Below are positions 46,232 to 55,584 of a stretch of 56,317 bases of DNA, in pieces (the stretch's first letter is position 1; each line of letters opens with the position of its first letter). The notes below the pieces were generated by a model. That model worked only from the letters and a program-made list of their open reading frames with translations, ran no database searches and was not told the origin of the DNA. The stretch comes from an uncultured Thermotogaceae bacterium. GTDB lineage: Bacteria; Thermotogota; Thermotogae; MWEM01. A program made the translations under genes and the position numbers. The stretch is from assembly GCA_964629135.1 (NCBI GenBank), contig CAZVPY010000001.1, positions 38,011-94,327 on the forward strand, in the 5' to 3' direction.

Positions 46232-47539
46232 TTAATAATGCATATGAATCCATTCGCTTAACGATTCAATAACCTTTTCATCAACAAACCCAGGTTTATT
46301 GTATTCATCAGTCCAATGAAAAACCCCTTCTTCAGTTTTCAAAAATAAATGATTAAGAGTTGGGAACGAAAGGAAAGTAAAGTTATCGTATTGACCGTAT
46401 TTTTCTCTGAAGGGCAGGTAATCACCTTCCATCGTTACCTGAAAATCTTCTTCACCTTGTAAGATTAATACCGGCTCATCATAGTTTTCCAAGTCTTCCA
46501 GTGGGCTATATTCATCCAACTCATAATAATATTTTGCTGTTAAACCAGATTGAATTGGATAATCATCAGGAAGTTCATGGTTCAAAATCATACTGAAAAA
46601 TGCTTCAACCTGTTCCATTTGTTCATCGGTTATTCCTAAATAATCCTTTACATAACGGTTCTGATCGAGACTAATCTGAGCCAATCTCCTTATGCCTGGT
46701 GCAAGTAAGATTATTCCGTTTACCAATTCTGAATTAGTGGCAATCTTTGGTACAACTGTTCCTCCAAGGCTGTGACCTGCCAAGATGATACTGTCTACTT
46801 TTTCAATGTTTGTAGCATATGCAATGGCCAATAAAATATCTTCTGCATATTCAAAGTCAACCATATTTTCTATTTCACCCGTCATGTTACTTACTTTTTG
46901 ACCATGCTGCGCAGCTCGTTTGTTATACCTCATTACCGCTATACCGGAGGATGCTAATCCTTCTGCAATATCTTTATATGGCGTGTTTGGTCCTACCGTG
47001 CCATCCATATCAGTAGGCCCTGATCCTCCCACAATAATTACCATGGGGTAACTTTCTTTGTTCACAGGTAACGTCAATACACCATCTAATTCCCAACCAT
47101 CTTTTCCAAATTTAACAGGTTGTTCCTTAAAAGAATTATTATCCACATAAGATAGCTTCTTTCTGGGATCAGGAGCTGGGGCAGCATAAAACCCTGCGAT
47201 TTTCAGATCTTGATCCACTGTAACAGTGAATTTGAGATATCCTTTGGTTGTCTTCATAAGCTTCATGTATATTTTGTATTGGTCTTGTTCCATAATATCG
47301 GTGTTATAGGTTGTTTCGGGTTTTCCATACTGATTAATAATCATATTGGCGGATTGCTCCATTGCCTGAACACCGAAAGCATTTGTTAACTGCTCATTTT
47401 GAAGTTCCACTGCCCGTTGGTAATTTCCGTTCAAAAAGGCGTTGAGATATTCTTCAAATACGACTGAACGCTCATCATTCGCAAAACTAAAAATAGTCAC
47501 TATACAAAAAACCATACCGATGATCAACTTAATTCTCAT
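46232..47539 (-). CDS. secreted alpha/beta hydrolase with N-terminal accessory domain
   Basis: It has a signal peptide (MRIKLIIGMVFCIVTIFSFA), the nucleophile elbow LAGHSLGG and a later ILQGEEDFQV and LNHLF (Asp and His regions). GGAGG lies upstream of the ATG. Confidence 0.75.
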   Translation of the reverse strand: MRIKLIIGMVFCIVTIFSFANDERSVVFEEYLNAFLNGNYQRAVELQNEQLTNAFGVQAMEQSANMIINQYGKPETTYNTDIMEQDQYKIYMKLMKTTKGYLKFTVTVDQDLKIAGFYAAPAPDPRKKLSYVDNNSFKEQPVKFGKDGWELDGVLTLPVNKESYPMVIIVGGSGPTDMDGTVGPNTPYKDIAEGLASSGIAVMRYNKRAAQHGQKVSNMTGEIENMVDFEYAEDILLAIAYATNIEKVDSIILAGHSLGGTVVPKIATNSELVNGIILLAPGIRRLAQISLDQNRYVKDYLGITDEQMEQVEAFFSMILNHELPDDYPIQSGLTAKYYYELDEYSPLEDLENYDEPVLILQGEEDFQVTMEGDYLPFREKYGQYDNFTFLSFPTLNHLFLKTEEGVFHWTDEYNKPGFVDEKVIESLSEWIHMHY

Positions 47540-47565
47540 TATATCAACCTCCTATTATTTAGTGT

Positions 47566-47594
47566 ATTATAACAGATAGTACAGCGAATGTCAA
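47566..47594 (-). promoter_or_regulatory. consensus sigma70 promoter for the hydrolase-phosphorylase-TM-Hsp70-like gene string
   Basis: The minus strand reads TTGACA (47594-47589), a 17-nt spacer ending in TGt, then TATAAT (47571-47566). It lies about 27 nt upstream of the ATG at 47539. Confidence 0.55.
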
Positions 47595-47683
47595 TCAAAA
47601 CTTGTCCAAACCTTGTAGAAAATGGGGAAATTATATTCAAATATGATAAAATGTATCTTGAGTATTGTTGAAGGAGTCGTGAT

Positions 47684-48868
47684 TTGAAAACACTTAACAG
47701 GTATATTTGGAAGAATGGAATATCCCCATTTTTTTTGGGTTTTTTTGGATTTATCATATTCGTCAGTGTCAATCTGCTTTACTTTCTTTCTTTGAACATC
47801 ATTGATTATGGTATTCCACCGTGGAGATTGTTTCAACTCCTATATTTTTTCTTGCCTGAACTAAGTGCTGAAGCAATTCCTGTTGGGGTTTTGTTGTCAA
47901 TCTTTTGGATACTATCTCAAATGTCTACCAAAAATGAGCTGATGGCGTTACAGGTTCACGGTGTGTCCTTTAAATCAGTGGTGATTCCTTTTTTAATATT
48001 TGGTCTCATGTTGAGTTTTTTCACTTTTTTGTTAAATGATTATCTGATTCCTGAATTTAATGCCCAGAAAGAAAAAGAACTCACAGATTTTATGTCAGAA
48101 AATATTGGTTATTCTACCATATCCAACAAATTCTTACCAATTACAGGCAATAAGTATTTTTACGTTAAACAACCCATTGATGATAAAACACTTGATGATG
48201 TCATTGTATATGAAATCCAAGAGTCAGCACTTAAAACAATATTTGCAGATGAACTTCGAAAAGAAGTGGATGATGACAGTTGGACAATGGTAGATGGTCA
48301 AGTGGTCAATCTGGATGATGAAAGAGGATTAACACTAAACGTCGATTTTGATGTGACAGAGTTTGAAGAACTATCCGATGAATTGAGTGATTCCCTAAAA
48401 GATGCCATGAGTATCTTCTCGGAGGTCAATATATACGGTCAACAAGATAACAATGAACAGACACCTTATAAGTATTCAACTTCTTCACAATTGTTTAAAA
48501 TGCTAGGTGAGACTGATAAAAAAGAAAGGGCGTTTATGGAACTGAATTCCAGATTTGCTAAATCTTTGAGCCCATTTATTATCGCGTTACTTGGGACTTC
48601 TATTTGCCTCGTCTCGAATATTAGAAGTAAATCCTGGAGTATCGTAATAAGCTTTCTTTTAATCGGTAGTTTTAAATCCGGAGAGATTTTTATGCAAAGT
48701 GTAGCATTACACAATGTTGCTTCCCATTCAAATACACGCTATCAGTTGAATCCATCTTTAGCAGTATGGGCACCTGATTTGATTTTCTTGTTTTTGGGTA
48801 TTGTGTTGTTCATCTTGTTAGATTCCAAGATCATGTACTATATTAAAGAAAGATTTGTTAGAAAATAA
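47684..48868 (+). CDS. LptF/LptG-family (YjgP/YjgQ) permease
   Basis: It has the characteristic start LNRYIWKNGISPFFLGFFGFI, then AIPVGVLLSIFWILSQMSTKNELMALQVHGVS, a central soluble beta domain and C-terminal TM helices. The start is TTG, with GAAGGAG 7 nt upstream. Confidence 0.8.
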   Translation: MKTLNRYIWKNGISPFFLGFFGFIIFVSVNLLYFLSLNIIDYGIPPWRLFQLLYFFLPELSAEAIPVGVLLSIFWILSQMSTKNELMALQVHGVSFKSVVIPFLIFGLMLSFFTFLLNDYLIPEFNAQKEKELTDFMSENIGYSTISNKFLPITGNKYFYVKQPIDDKTLDDVIVYEIQESALKTIFADELRKEVDDDSWTMVDGQVVNLDDERGLTLNVDFDVTEFEELSDELSDSLKDAMSIFSEVNIYGQQDNNEQTPYKYSTSSQLFKMLGETDKKERAFMELNSRFAKSLSPFIIALLGTSICLVSNIRSKSWSIVISFLLIGSFKSGEIFMQSVALHNVASHSNTRYQLNPSLAVWAPDLIFLFLGIVLFILLDSKIMYYIKERFVRK

Positions 48869-48883
48869 GAATGGAGGAAGAAT

Positions 48884-50017
48884 TTGTTGAGTATCTTAAA
48901 AAGATACATCTTTAAATCTTCAATATTACCTTTTATCCTCGGTTTTGGAGGTTTTTTACTGTATGCAAATGTCTTTATTTTAATAGAAGTTTCTTCTGAA
49001 ATCATTCGGAATGATCTTTCGTTTTGGAAAATGTTTCCCTTCATTCTTTATCAAATTCCAAGATATATTCCACAAGCCATTCCGGTCGGTGTGTTATTGT
49101 CTATCTTTTGGTTGCTGTCAAAATTAGAATCAAATAACGAAATAATCGCTTTACAGGTCCATGGTGTTAAGTTAAAGAGACTTGTAACACCCTTTTTGAT
49201 CTTAGGGATTCTTCTCTCTTTATTCACGTTTTTTCTTAAGGAATTCGTTGTTCCGCAAATTTACAGGAACAGACAAGCAGAAATATACCTCTCTTCAGGT
49301 ATCGATAAATTCCAATTGCTTAAAGATAATCGCTATCTGTTTATGAAAAGGGTATATGCCAATAGGAGAGAATTAAGTGGTGTTTTTATATACGACATCG
49401 ATTCAGAATCAAATAGTATGAATATCTTTTATGCAGATGAAATAACATTTGATGATGAAAATGATCGTTGGGATCTAACCAATATGAAAGTGTACAGCGC
49501 TTTAGAAGATTCAAGAATGATACAACAACCAATAACGGAAATGCAAAAACAAATGATAATGCATGACATCGACTATTATTTCCTATTAACCAATAAAAAT
49601 ATGTACAACATGACATCTCAAGAATTACTCTACATCATCCAAGAGAATAAAAGAAGGGGTGTCAGCAATCGAGAAAGCTTTACATTTGAAGTGGAATTGC
49701 ATACACGCTATGCACAATCCTTAGGCCCGCTTGTAATTGCCATATTAGGTGTCCCTCTTTCTTTGGCACTAAATATTAAAAGCAAGGCTTGGAGTGTTAT
49801 CTTCACCTTTTTACTCATTGCTCTCTATCAAGGGTCAACACAGTGGATGGCCGCCATGGGACGAGCCGATCGTTGGAGTCCGTGGCATATTAACCCCATT
49901 TTGGCTACATGGGGGCCTGATCTCTTGTTTGTAATCATCGGTACTGTGTTCTATTTGTTACTTGATACGCAAGTATTGTATGTATTTAAAGAATGGATTT
50001 CAAAGTTTTCGGGATAA
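48884..50017 (+). CDS. LptF/LptG-family (YjgP/YjgQ) permease, paralog of the preceding gene
   Basis: It has LKRYIFKSSILPFILGFGGFL, AIPVGVLLSIFWLLSKLESNNEIIALQVHGVK and the same topology as the preceding gene. The start is TTG, with GGAGGAAG upstream. Confidence 0.8.
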   Translation: MLSILKRYIFKSSILPFILGFGGFLLYANVFILIEVSSEIIRNDLSFWKMFPFILYQIPRYIPQAIPVGVLLSIFWLLSKLESNNEIIALQVHGVKLKRLVTPFLILGILLSLFTFFLKEFVVPQIYRNRQAEIYLSSGIDKFQLLKDNRYLFMKRVYANRRELSGVFIYDIDSESNSMNIFYADEITFDDENDRWDLTNMKVYSALEDSRMIQQPITEMQKQMIMHDIDYYFLLTNKNMYNMTSQELLYIIQENKRRGVSNRESFTFEVELHTRYAQSLGPLVIAILGVPLSLALNIKSKAWSVIFTFLLIALYQGSTQWMAAMGRADRWSPWHINPILATWGPDLLFVIIGTVFYLLLDTQVLYVFKEWISKFSG

Positions 50018-50050
50018 GTTTTTTAGAAGATTTTTTCGTTTGTGTTAAGT

Positions 50051-52051
50051 TTAACGATTCAACAGGTTGAAAAATTCCTGCTCATTGATGATTTTCACAT
50101 TCAACTGCTTTGCCTTGTCCAATTTTGACCCAGGGTTTTCACCACAAAGTAAATAATCGGTCTTTTTGGATACAGCGCTTGTAGTCTTGCCACCCTGTAA
50201 TTCGATTTTCTCCTTGATCTCTGATCTGGTTAATGACTCCAGTTCCCCTGTAATCACGAACTTCAAACCATTAAGGCTTGTTCCTATTAGTTCTTCTTGT
50301 TCTTCGTAAAGACTTACATTGGCCTCTTTGAGTTTTTTGATGATTATTTTAATCTTATCGTTGGCAAAAAAACGTACAATTCCTCGGGCCATTTCTTCTC
50401 CCACACCATCTATGGCTTTCAGATCATCAACATTGGCTTTTAAAATTTTATCTAAGGAATTAAATGTTGCAGAAATTTCTTTTGCCATCTTTTTGCCCAC
50501 GTTAGGAATTCCCAACCCGGTTAAAAGGTGATGTAATTGCTTTTGTTTACTTTTCTCAATTTCATCCATTAAATTTTTTGCTGATTTCTGACCCACTCTT
50601 TCCAAAGAAATCAATTGCTCTTCCCTGATATAATAAATATCAGCAATATCCTCAACCATTTCCCTCTCAACCAGTTGATCGATGAGTTTTTCTCCTAAAC
50701 CTTCAATATTCATTGCTTCTCTGGATGAAAAAGTTTGTAAAGCCCGTTTTACTTTTGCAGGACAAACGGGGTTCAAACACCTAATAGCAACTTCATCACT
50801 CTTGGCCTTTCCAACTTCACCACCACATACAGGACATTCTTCTGGTGGATCAATCTCTTGTTCAGAACCTGTTCGTTTCTCTTTAATCACACGAACGACC
50901 TGTGGAATGATCTCCCCTGCCTTTTCTATGATGACCTTATCATTGATCTTTATATCTTTTTCCCTAATATTGTCAATGTTGTGAAGATTCGCATTTTTTA
51001 CGGTGGTTCCAGCAAGATTGACAGGTGTAAGATGTGCCACAGGTGTGATCACCCCAGTCCTTCCTACACTCCAAGTAAGAGATTCAAGTGTTGTTTCTTT
51101 TTGCTCAGCGGGAAATTTGAAAGCAATAGCCCATCTTGGGCTATGAGATGTACTGCCTAATTCCTTCTGTAAATTAAGCTCGTCTACTTTCACTACCAAT
51201 CCATCTATGTCGAAATTTAACTCATGGCGTTTTTCAGTCCAAGTAATCCAATAGTCAATTACATCACCTATGGACTCCAGACTCTTATGATGGTTTTCTA
51301 TTGTAAAACCCAAAGCTTTAAGTCGTTCAAGCATCTGAGTCTGTGATTTTATTCCATATTTTTCAGGTTCAACAACAGAATAGGTAAACGACCCGATTCC
51401 CCGTTTCCTCACCTCTATGGTATTCAACTGCCGAAAAGTTCCCGCTGTAGCATTTCTTGGATTGGCAAAAACCTCCAAGCCATTTTCTTCTCTAACTTTA
51501 TTCACATGGGCAAAAACATCCTCCGGCATATACACTTCTCCCCGGACCTCGATATCGATCTCTTGGTTTAATTCCCTCGGTAACCCTTTAGTCTGCCTTA
51601 AATGCTCGGTAATATCTTCTCCAATGACACCATTTCCCCTTGAGATACCTCTGTCAAGTTTTCCGTTAAGGTATCTGGCAGCAAAAGACACACCATCAAT
51701 TTTAAGTTCAACGCAGTATTTAAAGGGGTTATCAATGTTTTTTTTAAGCCTCTCTGAAAAGGCATAAATATCTTCTTCATTATAAGTATTATCAAGAGAT
51801 AACATGGGCTGTGAGTGTTTTACTCGTTTAAACTCTTTTAGTACTTTTGAGCCTACTTTTTGAGTCGGGGAGTCCTTTGAAAGAAATTGGGGATATTCTT
51901 GTTCCAGCCTTTCCAATTCTTTATAAAGCTGATCGTATTCTTGATCACTAATCTTTGGAGAAGCCAAGACATAATAATTATAGTCGTGTTCTTCAATTTC
52001 TTTTCTAAGATAATCTATCCGTTCATAGATCTTTTTTTCCTCTTGTGTCAT
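50051..52051 (-). CDS. ligA: NAD-dependent DNA ligase
   Basis: It has YYVLASPKISDQEYD, the adenylation motif VELKIDGVS, the Zn finger CPVCGGEV...CLNPVCPAK, HhH repeats and a C-terminal BRCT domain (FVITGEL). Its start overlaps the rpe stop (ATGA). Confidence 0.95.
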   Translation of the reverse strand: MTQEEKKIYERIDYLRKEIEEHDYNYYVLASPKISDQEYDQLYKELERLEQEYPQFLSKDSPTQKVGSKVLKEFKRVKHSQPMLSLDNTYNEEDIYAFSERLKKNIDNPFKYCVELKIDGVSFAARYLNGKLDRGISRGNGVIGEDITEHLRQTKGLPRELNQEIDIEVRGEVYMPEDVFAHVNKVREENGLEVFANPRNATAGTFRQLNTIEVRKRGIGSFTYSVVEPEKYGIKSQTQMLERLKALGFTIENHHKSLESIGDVIDYWITWTEKRHELNFDIDGLVVKVDELNLQKELGSTSHSPRWAIAFKFPAEQKETTLESLTWSVGRTGVITPVAHLTPVNLAGTTVKNANLHNIDNIREKDIKINDKVIIEKAGEIIPQVVRVIKEKRTGSEQEIDPPEECPVCGGEVGKAKSDEVAIRCLNPVCPAKVKRALQTFSSREAMNIEGLGEKLIDQLVEREMVEDIADIYYIREEQLISLERVGQKSAKNLMDEIEKSKQKQLHHLLTGLGIPNVGKKMAKEISATFNSLDKILKANVDDLKAIDGVGEEMARGIVRFFANDKIKIIIKKLKEANVSLYEEQEELIGTSLNGLKFVITGELESLTRSEIKEKIELQGGKTTSAVSKKTDYLLCGENPGSKLDKAKQLNVKIINEQEFFNLLNR

Positions 52052-52695
52052 AATTGCCCTTTCATTTGCTTGATGGTTTTTGTGGGGTCAATGGATTTGA
52101 AAATTGCGCTACCGGCAACAATAATATCTGCTCCCGCTTCGATAACCTTTTTCACATTATCAACATTTATTCCTCCATCAACGGCTATAGACATTGAGGG
52201 ATTGATCCGATTTTTCAATTTAAAGAGCTCATGAATACGTTGGATGGAATTACCGATAAATTTTTGTCCTCCAAACCCCGGATTAACACTCATTATCAAT
52301 ACTCCATCCAAATATTCCACAATATCATTGAGTAAGTGAATAGGTGTATGAGGGTTCAAGGAAACAAAGGCTTTCATACCTAAGGATTGGATGTGATTAA
52401 TCGTACGGTTTAAGTGGTTGCAGACTTCATAATGTACCGTTAGAAGATTAGCTCCGGCTTTTGCGAAATCATCAATATATTCATCTGGATTTGTTATCAT
52501 CAAATGGACATCAAGGGGTAGGGCAAATTTAGAATGGATAGCTTTCACAATTGGAAGACCAATACTAATATTTGGTACAAAATGACCATCCATTACATCG
52601 ATATGTAACATGTCCGCATCTTCTAAAACAGTATTAATGCTTTTTTCAAGGTTAAGAAAATCAGCAGATAATATGGATGGTGAAATTCTAATCAT
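52048..52695 (-). CDS. rpe: ribulose-phosphate 3-epimerase
   Basis: It has ISPSILSADF, LHIDVMDGHFVPN, DVHLM, MSVNPGFGGQKF and VDGGIN. Confidence 0.93.
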   Translation of the reverse strand: MIRISPSILSADFLNLEKSINTVLEDADMLHIDVMDGHFVPNISIGLPIVKAIHSKFALPLDVHLMITNPDEYIDDFAKAGANLLTVHYEVCNHLNRTINHIQSLGMKAFVSLNPHTPIHLLNDIVEYLDGVLIMSVNPGFGGQKFIGNSIQRIHELFKLKNRINPSMSIAVDGGINVDNVKKVIEAGADIIVAGSAIFKSIDPTKTIKQMKGQL

Positions 52696-52719
52696 AATTC
52701 CTCCGAGAAAAAATAATGA

Positions 52720-52750
52720 GGGGGGCGTGTTTTTTTATTCACGACCCCCG
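52720..52750 (-). terminator. possible terminator/attenuator hairpin between the ACP gene and rpe
   Basis: GGGGGCGTG (52721-52729) pairs with CACG(A)CCCCC (52740-52749), with one bulge. On the minus strand the T-run (TTTTTT) lies 7 nt after the stem, so this is not a textbook terminator. Confidence 0.35.
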
Positions 52751-52771
52751 TGTTGTATGCTACTTTACTGT

Positions 52772-53068
52772 TTAATTGAGTTCATCTTCCTCGTCATCAT
52801 CGATGATATCTTCTTCGTCTGCTGAGCCACCCATTTCTTCAAAGATAAAGTTAACGGCATCTTCAACGCAGGTAATTTTGTCTGTATCATCTTCGTCTAT
52901 TCTTATCCCAAATTCATCCTCAATCGCCATTACAAAGTCAACTAAATCTAATGAATCAGCACCAAAATCATCAACAAATGTGGATTCCAACTTTACATCA
53001 TCACTTTCAAGATTAAACTTCTCCATTAGCATCTTTTTTAAATGCTTAAAAATCTCGCTCTTTGTCAT
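52772..53068 (-). CDS. acyl carrier protein with acidic C-terminal extension
   Basis: It has the phosphopantetheine site DDFGADSLDLVDFVMAIEDEFG. I chose the ATG at 53068 (MTKSEIF) because GGGGTGAT sits 5 nt upstream. The C-terminal tail is GGSADEEDIIDDDEEDELN. Confidence 0.85.
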   Translation of the reverse strand: MTKSEIFKHLKKMLMEKFNLESDDVKLESTFVDDFGADSLDLVDFVMAIEDEFGIRIDEDDTDKITCVEDAVNFIFEEMGGSADEEDIIDDDEEDELN

Positions 53069-53136
53069 GTATATCACCCCGATTTGTTTTTAATTCCTGG
53101 AATTATAACACAAGCTCGCTCATTTGTAAAAAAAGA

Positions 53137-53493
53137 CTACATACCACCTTTTGGTATGACACATATGAATTCAAAGTCTTCGTTTTTAGATGTGTTGAGA
53201 AATTGATGCTCAAGGTTTTCAGGAACGAAAACCGCATATCCCTCGGATACATTCATAAATTCCTCGCCAAGTAGGACCTTTCCTTCCCCGCGAAGTACAA
53301 ATACCTCATGCTCCCAGGGATGGCTGTGTTTTGGTGAGTGTCCCCCTCCAGAAACGGTAAAAACTCTAAGGATAAAGTTTTGGGCTCCCTCATTTTCTCC
53401 AATAACAACTCTTTTATGAACGCCCTTAATCTCTTGGGTATTGATGATTTCAGGGTCAATATCTCTCCATTTGATAACTTTTCCCTTTTTCAT
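53137..53493 (-). CDS. cupin-domain protein
   Basis: The 118-aa ORF has the cupin motifs GGHSPKHSHPWEHEVFVLRGEG and VFVPENLEHQF. Its start overlaps the jag stop (ATGA). Confidence 0.75.
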   Translation of the reverse strand: MKKGKVIKWRDIDPEIINTQEIKGVHKRVVIGENEGAQNFILRVFTVSGGGHSPKHSHPWEHEVFVLRGEGKVLLGEEFMNVSEGYAVFVPENLEHQFLNTSKNEDFEFICVIPKGGM

Positions 53494-54167
53494 CTTTCAT
53501 TCCTCCTATAATTTCTTCTTGTTGAACCAGTTTTATCTCTTTTTTGCGGCTCAATAACCACAAATCTGTAAGGTTCTAATCCCTTTGAATAACTCCTTAC
53601 GCCATTCATCTTTTTGATGGTTTCATGAACAATTCTTCTTTCAAAAGAAAACATGGGGTCTAATTCAATTCTTTCTCCTTGATATTTTGCCTTTTTGGCA
53701 TTTTGTAAAGCGATCTTCTCTATGATCTCTTTCCTTCTATCTTTGTAATCCCCAACTTCTAACAAAACGACTGCCTTTACATCAGTAATTCTGTTGACGT
53801 AAATATTGGCAATATGCTGTAAAGCACTGATTGTTTTTCCGTGTTTTCCAATAATTCTCCCCATTTCTTCTCCAAAAAGGTTAATATAGATTTTTCCATT
53901 TCTTATTTTATACTTGATTTTGAGATCCTGGCTGATCCCATTTGAAAAATTCAAAATACCCGCAATATAATCACATGATTTTCGGGCAAAAAAAACTGTT
54001 TTCATGGTTAATTTTAACAGAGCATCTCTGGAGCCGATTTTCAAAAAACCCTTGGAGCCAGGATCTAATACTTCGTATTCATATTCGTTATGATTCAGAT
54101 CCCATTTTTTTTCTATTTCTTCCAAAGCCATCTCAATTGTTCTACCTGTTATCTCAAGTTCTTTCAT
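53490..54167 (-). CDS. jag: Jag/KhpB-type RNA-binding protein (Jag_N + KH + R3H)
   Basis: It has the KH segment IIGKHGKTISALQHI and the R3H segment ERRIVHETI. It lies downstream of yidC. I chose the ATG at 54167 (MKELEITG) because GAGGTG sits 6 nt upstream. The track start is a GTG at 54176. Confidence 0.85.
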   Translation of the reverse strand: MKELEITGRTIEMALEEIEKKWDLNHNEYEYEVLDPGSKGFLKIGSRDALLKLTMKTVFFARKSCDYIAGILNFSNGISQDLKIKYKIRNGKIYINLFGEEMGRIIGKHGKTISALQHIANIYVNRITDVKAVVLLEVGDYKDRRKEIIEKIALQNAKKAKYQGERIELDPMFSFERRIVHETIKKMNGVRSYSKGLEPYRFVVIEPQKRDKTGSTRRNYRRNER

Positions 54168-54177
54168 CAATGACACC

Positions 54178-55584
54178 TCATCGTTTTTTCAAGCTGGAAA
54201 AAAAATCTTTAGCGGACAAACCATGGATATCGTTTTTCTTGTATGCGTAATAGGTCACAACAAACTGATATAGTGTAGATGTTACCCAATAAAGTTGCAA
54301 CCCGGTAGGCAGCATAATAAACAAGAACGGGAACAACGCTCCCATCAATACTCCTTGCAAGGCCATCTTGGAATCTGATGTGGTAATTAGACTGTTAAAG
54401 AATCCAATCACAGCTGAAATTAAAACAAGCGGTATATTCTGAAGGAATCCACCTACAGAAAGGTCTTGCCAAATGAGGAATCCTGGACTGTAAATAAAAA
54501 GCTCTGATTCATATCGAATAACCGCAAAAAGTAAAAAGAAAAAAGGCATCTGAATGAGCATGGGTAAACATCCACCTGCAAGACTGACTTTTTTCTCTTT
54601 GTAGAATTTCATCAAAGCCTCTTGTTTTTTCTGTTTGTCTTCAATTTTCATGATCTTTTTGTATTCAGGATCACTTTCAAGTTTTTTTCTATCGATCATT
54701 GACTTTGTTTGCATATGAAACAAAGGGTACATTAAGGTTCTAATAATTAGAGTGAACAAAATAATAGCCCAACCGTAATTACCGGTCACATTCTTAAGCC
54801 AATCGATTAACCCTACAAAAAGATAAAAAATCGGGTCGTACCAACTTGAAGCGCCCGGGTAACTGTTAACAACTCTAGATATCCAAACATTTTCTTCAGG
54901 AAAGGCTCTATTAATAAATGTCATCTTTTTTGCAGGTCCAATATAACCCGAAACACGAAGACCATGATAAGTTACTTCTAATGTATTCGCCTCTTCAGAT
55001 CCATCAATTTTAAAATGTGAAGAACCTTGACCTTCTAATTTCCAAATAGCCAGAGATTTTGTTTTTTCATAATAGCTAGTCATTATCAATCCATCATCTT
55101 TAACATTATCCTCTGATACATATCCAACTCTTGGAAAAGTCAATTCAAGATTTGATGGTATTTCACCCGTTATTTCCAGATCGATTTCATACAAAGGCCC
55201 AAAGGGGATGGTGACATTCTTCTGAAAGCTTCCGTAATTAAAAGAAACAACTACATCCTGGGCAAATTCCTGCGTTGTATTCAGAAATTCAGTAACTTCT
55301 TTTCCATTCACTGTTATCTGCGAAGGATAAACAGGGCTTGCATCCATTGTAGTGTAAAAACCGTCTTTATCATTTCTATATATGAGTTTTTGATTTTCCA
55401 TTGTTAATGTTACTTCACTTAACACACCTTGTTGTGCATTAAAAATATAATGTGCAATTCTTGTTTTAATACTAATCATGCCGTCCAGATAGGTTACATT
55501 GATTTCGTTAGTAGCAAATATTACAGAAACAAATATTGACGTAAACAGGATTAGAATTAAAAACAGGATCTTATTTAATTTCAT
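54178..55584 (-). CDS. yidC: membrane protein insertase YidC (long form with periplasmic P1 domain)
   Basis: It has an N-terminal TM helix, a ~230-aa beta-rich P1 region and a conserved core (GWAIILFTLIIRTLMYPL, GGCLPMLIQMPFFFLLF, LQLYWVTSTLYQ). Its start overlaps the yidD stop (ATGA). Confidence 0.9.
   Translation of the reverse strand: MKLNKILFLILILFTSIFVSVIFATNEINVTYLDGMISIKTRIAHYIFNAQQGVLSEVTLTMENQKLIYRNDKDGFYTTMDASPVYPSQITVNGKEVTEFLNTTQEFAQDVVVSFNYGSFQKNVTIPFGPLYEIDLEITGEIPSNLELTFPRVGYVSEDNVKDDGLIMTSYYEKTKSLAIWKLEGQGSSHFKIDGSEEANTLEVTYHGLRVSGYIGPAKKMTFINRAFPEENVWISRVVNSYPGASSWYDPIFYLFVGLIDWLKNVTGNYGWAIILFTLIIRTLMYPLFHMQTKSMIDRKKLESDPEYKKIMKIEDKQKKQEALMKFYKEKKVSLAGGCLPMLIQMPFFFLLFAVIRYESELFIYSPGFLIWQDLSVGGFLQNIPLVLISAVIGFFNSLITTSDSKMALQGVLMGALFPFLFIMLPTGLQLYWVTSTLYQFVVTYYAYKKNDIHGLSAKDFFSSLKKR

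Noticed and set aside
47539-47836. Two overlapping minus-strand ORFs (77 and 81 aa) span the hydrolase/lptF intergenic region.
   Set aside because: They overlap the promoter region and the 5' end of the lptF-like gene, have no RBS and start inside the opposite-strand coding sequence.
50319-52234. A cluster of plus-strand ORFs (70-116 aa) lies across ligA and the rpe 3' end.
   Set aside because: All are antisense to ligA/rpe with Ser/Phe/Leu-rich low-complexity products. These are shadow ORFs.
52776-53093. A 105-aa plus-strand ORF is extremely rich in serine (MSSSSSSSSMISSSSAEPP...).
   Set aside because: It is the reverse complement of the acidic (GAT/GAA-rich) ACP gene. The opposite-strand ACP has an SD sequence and the DSLD site, so the Ser-rich ORF is an artefact.
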